This document shows positions 23,615 to 32,333 of a stretch of DNA of 33,368 nucleotides, one piece after another. Below the pieces are notes generated by a model. That model searched no databases. It worked only from the letters and a program-made list of their open reading frames with translations, and was not told where the DNA came from. The stretch spans positions 1 to 33,368 of the forward strand of contig CAYMGN010000002.1 of the NCBI GenBank assembly GCA_964389995.1. The letters run 5' to 3'. Source of the DNA: an uncultured Candidatus Peribacteria bacterium (GTDB lineage Bacteria; Patescibacteriota; Gracilibacteria; UBA1369; LOWO2-01-FULL-3). Each line of letters opens with the position of its first letter. The first letter of the stretch is position 1. The position numbers were made by a program, and so were the translations under genes.

Positions 23615-25780
23615 TTGATGGAGCTTTTTCACTTCTTTAATTTTTTGCTACTGAATTTAGTGGTTTTGGCCACGGCGGGATTGGTGACGGCAAAGTTTTA
23701 TCATTTTCAGAAGGAAAAAGTGAGCAGTTATTTGTTGGCTACTTTGCTTATTTTTTGGACTTTGATTATTTTGCTGCAGGTCAGTTTAGGGGCCTTTGGT
23801 GGATTGAATTATCTATCTTTGAGTTTATGGACCTATGGCATTTGTGGGTGGGTTTTCTGGCTTTGGCGTGAGGATTTAAATGCTTTGAGTAGTCAGTATA
23901 AAAAGCTGATCAAGTCGGAAAAATGGAGTAAGCAAGAAAAAATCACTGCGGGAGTATTATTTCTACCGATCGCCGCGCTGGTTTTGGTCAAGGCTTTTAA
24001 TGCCGCATTTCAGTTGCCACTGGAGTTTGATGCCATTGCTTACCATCTGCCTTTTGTGGCTGAGTGGTTGCAGACTGGGGATTTGATCACTCCTTACTAT
24101 AGTGCTTTTGCCGGGCCGATTGCTTATTATCCCAGTAATTATGAGCTTTTTGGTCTCTGGGCGATGCTTCCCTTTGCCAATGACTATTTTGCAAATTTGC
24201 TTAATTTTCCTTTATTGATCTTGTTGCCGTATTTGATTTTGAAGGTATTGGAAAACTTTAAGATTTCGCGGATTGTGGCCTTGGTAGTCAGTACCCTACC
24301 GCTCTACATGCCGGTGTTTGTGCGGCAGGTGGGGGTGCCTTTGGTGGATCTCTTTTTTGCGCTCTGTTTTGGGATGATGATTTATTTCTTGCAGGAGATT
24401 GATCGTAAGGAAGGTAAATCGCTGGCCGATTTTTTCTTTTTTGGACTGGCGGGAGGGCTGATGATCGGGACTAAGTATCTTGGGCTTGCTTATGCGGCGC
24501 CGCTAGTGATCTTAATTGCGATTTGGACTTTTTGGCGCTTTTGGGGGCGGAAAAATTTGATCTTTAGGCGGGCGACGGTGGTGATGAGTGGTTTTATCCT
24601 CAGTGGGGCTTATTTTTATTTGCGCAATTGGTTTGATAGTGGCAATCCCCTCTTTCCGGTTGAGGTTAGCTTTGGGGGGTGGACTGTGTTGGAGGGGTAT
24701 AGAGGGGCTGGAGTGAATGAAGTTTTAGGTAATACTTCGATCCTCGCTAATCTCGATAGTTGGGCGGATTTTAAGGAGAAGACTAAGTTTTTCTTTTATC
24801 GTACGGGGCCGTTTGGGCTCTTTAGTGTATTGATGCCGCTTGTGCTTTTGGGTACGGCGCTAATCTACTGGTTTCAAAAGAAAAAATCTGGGTTGAAGTC
24901 GATTGGATTATTGCTTTTACTCGCTTTGTTGAGCGCTTTCTATTTCTGGCTCTATTTGAAGGCTCCCTATGGCTACAAGGATTTCTTTGCAAATATTCGC
25001 TACGCCCTGCCACTTTTCTTACTTAATCTGGTGGCTTTGGGATATATCTTAAAATTGCTGCCTTGGTTAAAGTGGCCGTTTTATTTGGCGGCGGGGGTGC
25101 ATGTGCTCTATAGCTTGGTATTTTTGATTATCAATACTCCCGACCCGGTGCCCTATACTAATCATTTCTTTCTCGATTTTGGATTCTTGGGTGCATATAC
25201 TTTGGCGCTGATGGTGTTTTTGGTAGCTTTGGCGAGTGCTTTATTTTTACTTATTCGCTGTAAAAAAGATCATTTGTCGCTTTTGATGATGGCGATCTTT
25301 TTGGTTTCTGCGAGCGGATTTTTTTACTATTCGATTAGAGAAAGAGACCATTTGTGGCACTATTGGATCAAGCAATATTTTGCGGAGGATCAGCTACTGC
25401 TGGATATTAGTCAGGCGGCGGAATGGCTCAATGATAATGTCGGTGGCGATACGACTGTGGCTTTTAGTGGCTTTAATTTTCATTACTATTTTTTCGGGCC
25501 GTCCTTGGAGAATAATGTGAGTTACGTCAATATCAATGAATGTCTGGATTGTCGCTATGTAGATTACAAGGACTCAGCTGACTCAATTAGACGTGACCCG
25601 GACTTTAAAAATTGGCATAATAATCTGGCAGCAAAAAACAAAAGGTACCTGGTGCTCAATCCCAAAAGCACTCCGGGGCTGGAAATCGAGGAATATCAGT
25701 GGGCCGAGGCCAATCCCGATCTCTTTGAATTAGTGTTTAAAAGTAACGACGTCTATGTCTACAAAATTTCCGAAAATTAG
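23615..25780 (+). CDS. polytopic membrane protein, second GT-C-like (ArnT/PMT-like) glycosyltransferase candidate
   Basis: 721 aa with many TM helices. An acidic first-loop motif (LPLEFDAIAYHLPFV) and a C-terminal soluble domain are present. The call rests on topology and context, not on a strong motif. Confidence 0.45.
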   Translation: MMELFHFFNFLLLNLVVLATAGLVTAKFYHFQKEKVSSYLLATLLIFWTLIILLQVSLGAFGGLNYLSLSLWTYGICGWVFWLWREDLNALSSQYKKLIKSEKWSKQEKITAGVLFLPIAALVLVKAFNAAFQLPLEFDAIAYHLPFVAEWLQTGDLITPYYSAFAGPIAYYPSNYELFGLWAMLPFANDYFANLLNFPLLILLPYLILKVLENFKISRIVALVVSTLPLYMPVFVRQVGVPLVDLFFALCFGMMIYFLQEIDRKEGKSLADFFFFGLAGGLMIGTKYLGLAYAAPLVILIAIWTFWRFWGRKNLIFRRATVVMSGFILSGAYFYLRNWFDSGNPLFPVEVSFGGWTVLEGYRGAGVNEVLGNTSILANLDSWADFKEKTKFFFYRTGPFGLFSVLMPLVLLGTALIYWFQKKKSGLKSIGLLLLLALLSAFYFWLYLKAPYGYKDFFANIRYALPLFLLNLVALGYILKLLPWLKWPFYLAAGVHVLYSLVFLIINTPDPVPYTNHFFLDFGFLGAYTLALMVFLVALASALFLLIRCKKDHLSLLMMAIFLVSASGFFYYSIRERDHLWHYWIKQYFAEDQLLLDISQAAEWLNDNVGGDTTVAFSGFNFHYYFFGPSLENNVSYVNINECLDCRYVDYKDSADSIRRDPDFKNWHNNLAAKNKRYLVLNPKSTPGLEIEEYQWAEANPDLFELVFKSNDVYVYKISEN

Positions 25781-26930
25781 GAAACTGATCAAGGATTTTT
25801 GGCCCTTTATCAAGTATTGTATTGTCGGTGTTTCCGGGACGGTGATCGATATTGGGTCGCTCTATATTTTTGTGGAATACTTGGGGATAGAGGTGATTGT
25901 AGGGACGGTGATGTCTTTCTTGCTGGCGGTGACCAATAATTTTGTTTTGAATAAGAGCTGGACCTTTAAGAATAAATCGAGCAATTATCGCAAGCTCTAC
26001 ATTAAATTTTTCTTGGTTTCACTGGTGGGACTGGGGCTGACGGTGGCTTCGATGTATGTGTTGGTGGAGATCTTCTTGATTTGGTACATCCTGGCCAAGG
26101 CTTTGACTTCGCTGCTAGTCTTGACCTGGAATTTTTTGGCGAACAAGCTGTGGACTTTTAAGTTGCGGGAAAAAGCGCTGAAGATGCCGGACAAATTTCA
26201 GTATGAGCTCTCGGTGGTGATACCGGCCTATAATGAAGAAAAGCGCTTGGGTAAGACTTTAAAGCGGGTAGATAATTATCTGAGGGAGCAGGAGGAGAGT
26301 TATGAAATAATTGTGGTCAATGATGGCAGTAGTGATCAGACAGTAGAGCTGGTGAAAGAATTGAAGAAAGAAATGAAAAATCTGAAACTAGTGGATTTGA
26401 AAAAAAATCAGGGCAAGGGCTATGCGGTTAAAAAAGGTGTGGAATCAAGCTTGGGGAGATTGATCTTATTTACCGACGCCGATAATTCAACGCCGATAGA
26501 AGAATTGGGAAATTTAAAGCAGACATTGCGGAGTACAGAAGCAAAAGTGGCGATCGGTTCACGTTATCTAAAAAATAGTAATGTAAAAAGAAAGCAGCCA
26601 AGATATCGGATTGCGATGGGGCGAGTCGGCAATATGTTGATCAGACTTTTTTTGATCGATGATATCCGAGATACACAGTGTGGCTTCAAATTGTTTGAGC
26701 ATAAGGCGGCGCGGGAGATCTTTTATTTCCAAAAGGTGAGGCGTTTTGCTTTTGATATGGAGGCGCTGGTGGTGGCCAATAATTTAGGGTATCGGATCGT
26801 AGAAGTGCCGGTGAGTTGGATTAATTCGGAGGATAGCCGGGTGAGGCCGGTGCGGGATGCTTTGAGGACTTTGAGGGATTTGGTTTATATCAAGCTCAAT
26901 CTTTGGAGTGGGAGGTATTCTTCGGATTAG
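25755..26930 (+). CDS. GtrA-like domain fused to a GT2 polyprenyl-phosphate glycosyltransferase (DPM1/CsbB/GtrB-like)
   Basis: The N-terminal GtrA pattern is YCIVGVSGTVIDIGSLYIFVE ... NNFVLNKSWTF ... WNFLANKLWTF. The GT2 part has LSVVIPAYNEE, IIVVNDGSSDQT, GKGYAVKKG and LFTDADNS. It overlaps the upstream gene by 26 nt. Confidence 0.85.
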   Translation: MSTKFPKIRKLIKDFWPFIKYCIVGVSGTVIDIGSLYIFVEYLGIEVIVGTVMSFLLAVTNNFVLNKSWTFKNKSSNYRKLYIKFFLVSLVGLGLTVASMYVLVEIFLIWYILAKALTSLLVLTWNFLANKLWTFKLREKALKMPDKFQYELSVVIPAYNEEKRLGKTLKRVDNYLREQEESYEIIVVNDGSSDQTVELVKELKKEMKNLKLVDLKKNQGKGYAVKKGVESSLGRLILFTDADNSTPIEELGNLKQTLRSTEAKVAIGSRYLKNSNVKRKQPRYRIAMGRVGNMLIRLFLIDDIRDTQCGFKLFEHKAAREIFYFQKVRRFAFDMEALVVANNLGYRIVEVPVSWINSEDSRVRPVRDALRTLRDLVYIKLNLWSGRYSSD

Positions 26931-26986
26931 GATTTTATTTTCGAGTTTAGGGGCTGAATTTTTGGTGGTAGTGAAAAAATTGGCAC

Positions 26987-27015
26987 TTTACAAGAAAAAC
27001 TTAATTTGTTAAGAT
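26987..27015 (+). promoter_or_regulatory. candidate promoter TTTACA-N17-TAAGAT upstream of the SulP transporter gene
   Basis: The -35 is at 26987-26992 and the -10 at 27010-27015. Confidence 0.3.
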
Positions 27016-27040
27016 CTTCAAAATTTTAAAATAAAAAAAG

Positions 27041-28348
27041 GTGAGATGGGCAAAAAAAGCGAAAAATAATTTTTTGGTAAATGTGTTGGCTGGCTTTAGT
27101 GTAAGCTTTTTAGTTTTGAGTTTGGGGGCGGTTTTTGGGGTGATTTCGGGGCGTGGGGCCTTTATCGGGATGGTTTCGGCGGTGATTATGTCTTTGGTGA
27201 CGGCGATTTTGAGTGGGACGAAGCTCCAGGCGACCTCTCCTACCGGCCCGATGACAGCGACGTTAGTGGCGGTGATGGCGCAGGGTGAGACGACGATGAT
27301 AGAAGGTTTTAGCAGTGCGCAATTTATAAATTTTAGTTTGATCTTTGCGGGGGTTTTGCTTTTGTTGGCGGGGATATTAAAGATCAATCGTTTGATTAAG
27401 TATGTGCCAAACATTGTGATTTCCGGGTTTATGACTGGTGTTGGTCTGCTGATTGCCTATAAGGAGATTAAGTTTATATTTGGGTTTGGTGGTGTAGAAG
27501 CCGTGGGAGGGCCATTGGAATCAAATTTGGTAGTGGTGATTTGTACTTTGATTATTGCTTTTATAGCTAGCCTCTACCTGCAAAAAGCCAGTCATCCTTA
27601 TTGGAAGTATCTGCCGCCGACTTTGCTGGTGATCATCTTGAGCAGCGTGGCGGTTTATGTTTGGGGAGTTAATGAAGTTGTAGAATTAGTCTCGATTGGA
27701 TCAGGTGATGGAGAGCAGTTTGCGTTAAAAAGTTTTCTTGCTGATCAAATACCACCTTTTATCAGTTTAGAGGTTATCTGGAAGGCTTTGCCACTGGCGC
27801 TGGAAATCGCCATTATCGCCTATCTAGATACCTTGATGACGGCAATGGTGATAGAAAGAATGACGAAAGAAAAAGCGGATCATCGCAAAGATCTCTATGC
27901 CCAAGGTTTGGCCACGGGAATTATTGGTTTGATCGGTGGGATCCCCGGAGCTCAGTCTACTGTGCCCTCGGTGATGCTAATTAATGAAGGTGCCACTAAG
28001 AGGATTGCGGCGATCTCAGTGGGGGTATTTACTTTATTGGGCTTGGTGGTTTTGAGGGATTTGATTGGTTTGATCCCGCAGGCGGTGTTTATCGGGGTGG
28101 TGATCAAGATTGCCTATGATGTTTCCGATCCCCTACCGTTTTTGCTTTTTTGGAAAAAGAAGGGAGTGAGTTTGGGACAAATTGTTTTTCTCACGGGGAT
28201 TATCCTCACTACGATTTTTTGGAGTCTCAATGTGGCGGTGATAGGTTCGACTGTGATCTATCTCTTATGGCCAAAGATAAGCGGAAAACCACTGATAAAA
28301 GATCTAAAATTAGAGACGCAATCAGAGGGGACTTTGGACGAAATGTAG
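27041..28348 (+). CDS. SulP-family anion transporter (no STAS domain)
   Basis: LAGFSVSFLVLSLGAVFGVISG ... GTKLQATSPTGPMTA is characteristic of the Sulfate_transp core. About 11 hydrophobic helices. GTG start; the N-terminus is uncertain. Confidence 0.7.
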   Translation: MRWAKKAKNNFLVNVLAGFSVSFLVLSLGAVFGVISGRGAFIGMVSAVIMSLVTAILSGTKLQATSPTGPMTATLVAVMAQGETTMIEGFSSAQFINFSLIFAGVLLLLAGILKINRLIKYVPNIVISGFMTGVGLLIAYKEIKFIFGFGGVEAVGGPLESNLVVVICTLIIAFIASLYLQKASHPYWKYLPPTLLVIILSSVAVYVWGVNEVVELVSIGSGDGEQFALKSFLADQIPPFISLEVIWKALPLALEIAIIAYLDTLMTAMVIERMTKEKADHRKDLYAQGLATGIIGLIGGIPGAQSTVPSVMLINEGATKRIAAISVGVFTLLGLVVLRDLIGLIPQAVFIGVVIKIAYDVSDPLPFLLFWKKKGVSLGQIVFLTGIILTTIFWSLNVAVIGSTVIYLLWPKISGKPLIKDLKLETQSEGTLDEM

Positions 28349-28852
28349 TTAATTTTGTTCGGCTTTGAGTTCGGCAACTTGTTTCTTTACTTTTTCTTTG
28401 AGCTTTTCTTTGTGGGCAAGGAGTTTTGACTTGATGAATTCGTCGGAGGTGCCGAGGATTTGGGCGGCGAGGATGGCGGCGTTGAGGCTGGCGTTGATGG
28501 CTACGGAGGCGACGGGTACGCCATTGGGCATTTGGACGATGGAGAGGAGGGAGTCGATACCTTGGATGGAATTACTGGATTTTACGGGCACTCCTACTAC
28601 AGGTAAGACAGTGTGGGAAGCAATCATGCCAGGGAGATGAGCGGCGCCACCGGCACCGGCGATAATCACTTTGAGGCCTTTATCGAGAGCGCTTTGGCCG
28701 TATTGAGACATGCGATCAGGGGTGCGGTGAGCGGATACGATATCGATTTCGTAAGGGATTTCGAATTCTTTGAGAAAATCAGCGGCGGGTTGCATGACTG
28801 GCAGATCGGACTTACTGCCCATGATAATGCCGACTAGTGGTTTATTATTCAT
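28349..28852 (-). CDS. purE: N5-carboxyaminoimidazole ribonucleotide mutase
   Basis: [36 protein letters not shown] and LPVVGVPV. Its stop codon abuts the convergent SulP stop with 0 nt between them. Confidence 0.92.
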   Translation of the reverse strand: MNNKPLVGIIMGSKSDLPVMQPAADFLKEFEIPYEIDIVSAHRTPDRMSQYGQSALDKGLKVIIAGAGGAAHLPGMIASHTVLPVVGVPVKSSNSIQGIDSLLSIVQMPNGVPVASVAINASLNAAILAAQILGTSDEFIKSKLLAHKEKLKEKVKKQVAELKAEQN

Positions 28853-29969
28853 CTCCGGTAATGGTTAGAGTATTTTTTATTAGGTTAGCAATTTCCACGC
28901 CTTTTTGAAAGTCGTCCTCGAGGATCACGGCGTGGCCCATCTTGCGGTGGGGGCGGACGGTGTTTTTGTTGTAGAAGGTGAAGTGGATTTGGGGGTGGCC
29001 GAGGATTTTTTCTAGTCCTTGGTAGACGACCTGGCCGTGAGCATTGGTGTCAGCGATCAGATTGACCAGGAGGGAGTGAGAAAATTGCTTGATGGGCATC
29101 AGGGGCAATCCGAGGGCAATGCGCAGCAGTTGTTGGTATTGGGAGACATTGTAGGCAAAGACAGTGTGATGTCCGGAATTATGAACGCGGGGAGAGACTT
29201 CGTTGAGGAGGATTTTGCCGGATTTGGTGAGGAAGAGTTCGACGGCGTAGACTCCCTCGTAATTGAGGGTTTCACCGATTTTTTGGGTGATGTCGATGGC
29301 AGATTGAGCTTGGCTATCGCTAATCTGGGCGGGGGCGAGCATGTAGTCGAGGAGATTGGCTTCGGTAAAGGCCATTTCCGTGGGGTGATAGGCTTGAAAG
29401 TCGCCGTCGAGAGTGCGGCAGGCGACTACGGACAATTCTTTTTCTATTTCAACGCGGTCTTCGAGGAGGCTATCGCCGGGGAGAAAATTGGCGGGCATTT
29501 CATTCGCTTGGAGGACCTTGACACCTTGGCCGTCGTAGCCGCCGGTGCGGAGTTTTTGGACTAGAGGTTTATCGCTGGTGAAAGTTTTTAATTGATCGGC
29601 AGAAAGGATCTGAAAATCAGGGCCGGGAAGACCTTTTTCACTGAAAAATTGACGTTGTTTGGCTTTATCTTGGATGATCTCGAGGGTTTGAGGATCGGGG
29701 ATCACTTTTTTGCCGTTCTCTTTTAATTCTTGGAGGGCTTGAGCATTGACTAATTCAATTTCGGCAACGAGATAATCGCAGTCGGACGCAAAATCGAGAA
29801 CGGTTTGGTAATCAGTAAAATCCCCTACCGTCAGTCCACTAAAAGTAGAGCAGGTGCAATGAGGATTAGGGTCGAGGACCTTGACATTGATCGGAAAATC
29901 GTTAGCGGCCTTATGCAAGAGATAACCGAGTTGTCCACCACCGAGGATACCAAGAGTTGTCGAATGCAT
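28845..29969 (-). CDS. purK: N5-carboxyaminoimidazole ribonucleotide synthase (ATP-grasp)
   Basis: [10 protein letters not shown] at the N-terminus, an ATP-grasp core ([15 protein letters not shown] ... [24 protein letters not shown]), and an 8-nt overlap with purE. Confidence 0.9.
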   Translation of the reverse strand: MHSTTLGILGGGQLGYLLHKAANDFPINVKVLDPNPHCTCSTFSGLTVGDFTDYQTVLDFASDCDYLVAEIELVNAQALQELKENGKKVIPDPQTLEIIQDKAKQRQFFSEKGLPGPDFQILSADQLKTFTSDKPLVQKLRTGGYDGQGVKVLQANEMPANFLPGDSLLEDRVEIEKELSVVACRTLDGDFQAYHPTEMAFTEANLLDYMLAPAQISDSQAQSAIDITQKIGETLNYEGVYAVELFLTKSGKILLNEVSPRVHNSGHHTVFAYNVSQYQQLLRIALGLPLMPIKQFSHSLLVNLIADTNAHGQVVYQGLEKILGHPQIHFTFYNKNTVRPHRKMGHAVILEDDFQKGVEIANLIKNTLTITGDE

Positions 29970-29974
29970 AGCGT

Positions 29975-30580
29975 TTAATTAAAGATAGCGGGACCAAAAA
30001 AGTACCAAAACTGCCGGAGGATAAGAGTAATCGCTGCTAAGTACCAGAGGAAAAGGAAGAAGTATTGGTAATTCCACATCACTTGAGCGACGGATTTTGT
30101 TTTGGATCCGAGAGAGATATTGCCAGTGCTAAAGGCATGGAGGAGGGTGTAGTAAAAAAGCGGTGCGGTGATAGTCCAAACAACCATACAGTTAGGACAG
30201 AGGGCCCCGATAACGTAGATACTCTGATACATCAACCAATGAACAAAAGAAATCGCAAAGAGGATACCGAGATAAAATCCGATCCAATACCAGCGCTTAA
30301 ACTTGGCGCCGGCAAAGAGAGCCATACCAATGGTAACAACAATAGCGAAGCCAAAAATACCAATCAATGGATTGGGGAAGCCAAAGACCGAGGCTTGAGG
30401 AGTGGACATCACCGAACCACAACTGATCAAAGGGTTGAGATCGCAATTGGGGATGTAGTTACTATCCATGAGGGTCTTCACTTTTTCGAGAGTGAGGAGA
30501 AATGCCATAACAAAGCCAATGGCGCCAAAAATAGTGACGAAATAAGGAAATCTTTTGAGGAATTTTTTTTGGTAGTCCAT
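29975..30580 (-). CDS. vitamin K epoxide reductase (VKOR) family membrane oxidoreductase
   Basis: Loop cysteine pair CDLNPLISC followed by SVFGFPNPLIG, and a membrane CxxC motif (LCPNCMVVW). Four or five TM helices. Only 5 nt upstream of purK. Confidence 0.8.
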   Translation of the reverse strand: MDYQKKFLKRFPYFVTIFGAIGFVMAFLLTLEKVKTLMDSNYIPNCDLNPLISCGSVMSTPQASVFGFPNPLIGIFGFAIVVTIGMALFAGAKFKRWYWIGFYLGILFAISFVHWLMYQSIYVIGALCPNCMVVWTITAPLFYYTLLHAFSTGNISLGSKTKSVAQVMWNYQYFFLFLWYLAAITLILRQFWYFFGPAIFN

Positions 30581-30636
30581 GGTGTTTTTTAAGTGGGATT
30601 TAATTTTATCGGTTGGGGCTGGATTTGTAAAGATGG

Positions 30637-31293
30637 CTATTGATGGCGCTGGAGGATGATGATGTCGGGGTGGGGGCGGCTTAAGTGGAGATTTAATTTG
30701 TGGGCGAGGTGGGTGAGAGTTTTTGGGGTGTAGAAGGCGACGTGGGTGAGGTCGTTTTTGTAATGCCAGGTGGAGAACTCGATTTCCGGGGTGAGGATTT
30801 TGGTCATGAGGGCGAGGGAGGCGCCGGTTTTGAGGAGACTGACGAGGAGTTTGAGTTCTCTGAGGGGATGATGGAGATGCTCGAGGACTTCGGTGGCGGT
30901 GATGAAGTCGTAGGTTAGATGGGAGAATTGAGGGTTGGGGTGGTAGAAAGGGTCATGGAGGGTGACGGTGTAGCCGGCTTCGGTGAGTAGTTGGGCGAGA
31001 GCGGGCATAGGACCGCAGCCAAAATCAAGTACTTGGGCGGGTGGCGGAGCGAGTTTGGTGATGTGCGGGATGATGCGAGAAAGAAATCGACGGTAGCCGG
31101 GGTCTTGAGGGTTGTTTTGGTGGAGGTCGTAGCGAGATTTTTCTTCTTCTCTAGAGGGATGGAATTTTTTAGGGACAAAGACAAGGTGACATTGGTGGCA
31201 TTGGCGGTAGGAGCGCTTAGTATCTTGGTGAAAAGGTGAGGTCTTTTTGCTTTGGCAGAGGAGACAGGGTTGCGATTGGAATTGATCGGGCAA
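30637..31293 (-). CDS. class I SAM-dependent methyltransferase with an N-terminal four-Cys zinc ribbon
   Basis: CLLCQS ... CHQCHLVF, then motif I VLDFGCGPMP and TATEVLEHL. TTG start. A perfect TATAAT (minus strand, 31317-31322) lies 23 nt upstream. Confidence 0.75.
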   Translation of the reverse strand: MPDQFQSQPCLLCQSKKTSPFHQDTKRSYRQCHQCHLVFVPKKFHPSREEEKSRYDLHQNNPQDPGYRRFLSRIIPHITKLAPPPAQVLDFGCGPMPALAQLLTEAGYTVTLHDPFYHPNPQFSHLTYDFITATEVLEHLHHPLRELKLLVSLLKTGASLALMTKILTPEIEFSTWHYKNDLTHVAFYTPKTLTHLAHKLNLHLSRPHPDIIILQRHQ

Positions 31294-31334
31294 GGTTTTT
31301 CTTTAGATTTAGTCCGATTATAGAGTTCTTTCGG

Positions 31335-31363
31335 ATAAAGAAAAAGGCCCCGGATGGGACCTT
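31335..31363 (-). terminator. rho-independent terminator after the Cys-pair protein gene
   Basis: The minus-strand RNA forms AAGGUCCC-AUCC-GGGGCCUU (an 8-bp stem with one G-U pair and a 4-nt loop, 31344-31363) followed by UUUCUUUAU. Confidence 0.55.
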
Positions 31364-31392
31364 CTTCATAGTACCACTGTTGTTGATCTTTA

Positions 31393-32295
31393 TTAGAGGC
31401 CAGAACCTTCATAACGATCGTAGTTGAGGATTGCTTCACAGGCTTCTTGGTCACCGGTAGCACAGTCGTTCATGGTTTCTAGGAAGTTTTCGTAGCGGTC
31501 ACAGGATTCTTGATCCTTTTGTTCTAAACATCTGCTAGCCCATGAACTATGGAGAGCATAGGCTTCACTATATGAGTATTGTGAATTAATATGGTCGAGA
31601 GCGGTTCTTTCGAATTCACAATCATAAATGTCAGTACCACGATAGAGGTCGAGACATTCATTGTAGGCTGTTACCCAGCTATCATAATCTTCTGAAGTGA
31701 ACTCTCTTTGACCGAGGACGTTAGTAGCATCAAAAGTGATTTGATTGATAGTGTTATCAAAAGTCTCATAAAGTGCTAATTCTTTTTCAATATTATTTTT
31801 TTGGGTATTTTCCATCTCAGCAAAACCGAGTTCATCGAGTTTTAACTCAGCGGAGTCGATAATAAAGTCGTATTTATCACAGTCTTTACCACCGTCTCTA
31901 CCACATTGGGTTTTACGAGAATTGATAGCTTCTCTGAGGTCTTCGAGGTTTTCTTGACCATCACGAGAGATTTGAGATCTGAGACTGTCACGACTCTCGG
32001 CAAGATCGGTCGCACTATCACCACAGTCTCTTAGAGGGTTTGTGGAGGAAGAGAGACAATCATTATGTGACTCCTCTGCTGCTTCATATTCTGCGAGGAG
32101 AGTAGTGTATTGGTCAGGAATGGTTGTAATTTGAGTACTGTTTGTACCAGAACCGCCATCGGAAACAGTACGACTAACGCTACCCTGTAAATCCTCTTCT
32201 TGATTGAGCAGGAGAACCGCGGCAACGATAGCAGCTAAGGCAACGACTCCAAATACATACCACTTTACATTTTGATTGCTACTTTTATTTTTCAT
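31393..32295 (-). CDS. exported or membrane-anchored acidic protein with five paired cysteines; function unknown
   Basis: N-terminal signal anchor WYVFGVVALAAIVAAVLLL. Ten Cys fall into five C-x7-11-C pairs (CLSSSTNPLRDC, CGRDGGKDC, CLDLYRGTDIYDC, CLEQKDQESC, CATGDQEAC). A TATAAT -10 (minus strand, 32328-32333) lies upstream. Confidence 0.55.
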   Translation of the reverse strand: MKNKSSNQNVKWYVFGVVALAAIVAAVLLLNQEEDLQGSVSRTVSDGGSGTNSTQITTIPDQYTTLLAEYEAAEESHNDCLSSSTNPLRDCGDSATDLAESRDSLRSQISRDGQENLEDLREAINSRKTQCGRDGGKDCDKYDFIIDSAELKLDELGFAEMENTQKNNIEKELALYETFDNTINQITFDATNVLGQREFTSEDYDSWVTAYNECLDLYRGTDIYDCEFERTALDHINSQYSYSEAYALHSSWASRCLEQKDQESCDRYENFLETMNDCATGDQEACEAILNYDRYEGSGL

Positions 32296-32333
32296 TTTTG
32301 TTTTGGTTAAAAATGTAGCTAACTATAATTATA

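Noticed and set aside
26981-27000. TGGCAC upstream of the SulP gene, as a possible sigma-54 -24 element.
   Set aside because: The required -12 element (TTGC, five nt downstream) is absent; the sequence reads TGGCACTTTACAAGAA. A sigma70-like TTTACA-N17-TAAGAT fits better.
3971-31463. Many ORF-track entries nested in, or antisense to, larger genes. Examples: 3971-4219, 3981-4226, 4260-4499, 6173-6649, 8528-8905, 10274-10710, 13236-13588, 14196-14690, 16390-16725, 18329-18874, 20274-20660, 20843-21250, 22956-23246, 27001-27414, 29019-29564, 30065-30592 and 30915-31463.
   Set aside because: Each lies inside a longer ORF with clear family motifs on the same or opposite strand. Their translations are low-complexity (S/P/K/R- or G/F-rich) with no recognisable motifs. 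This is typical of shadow frames.
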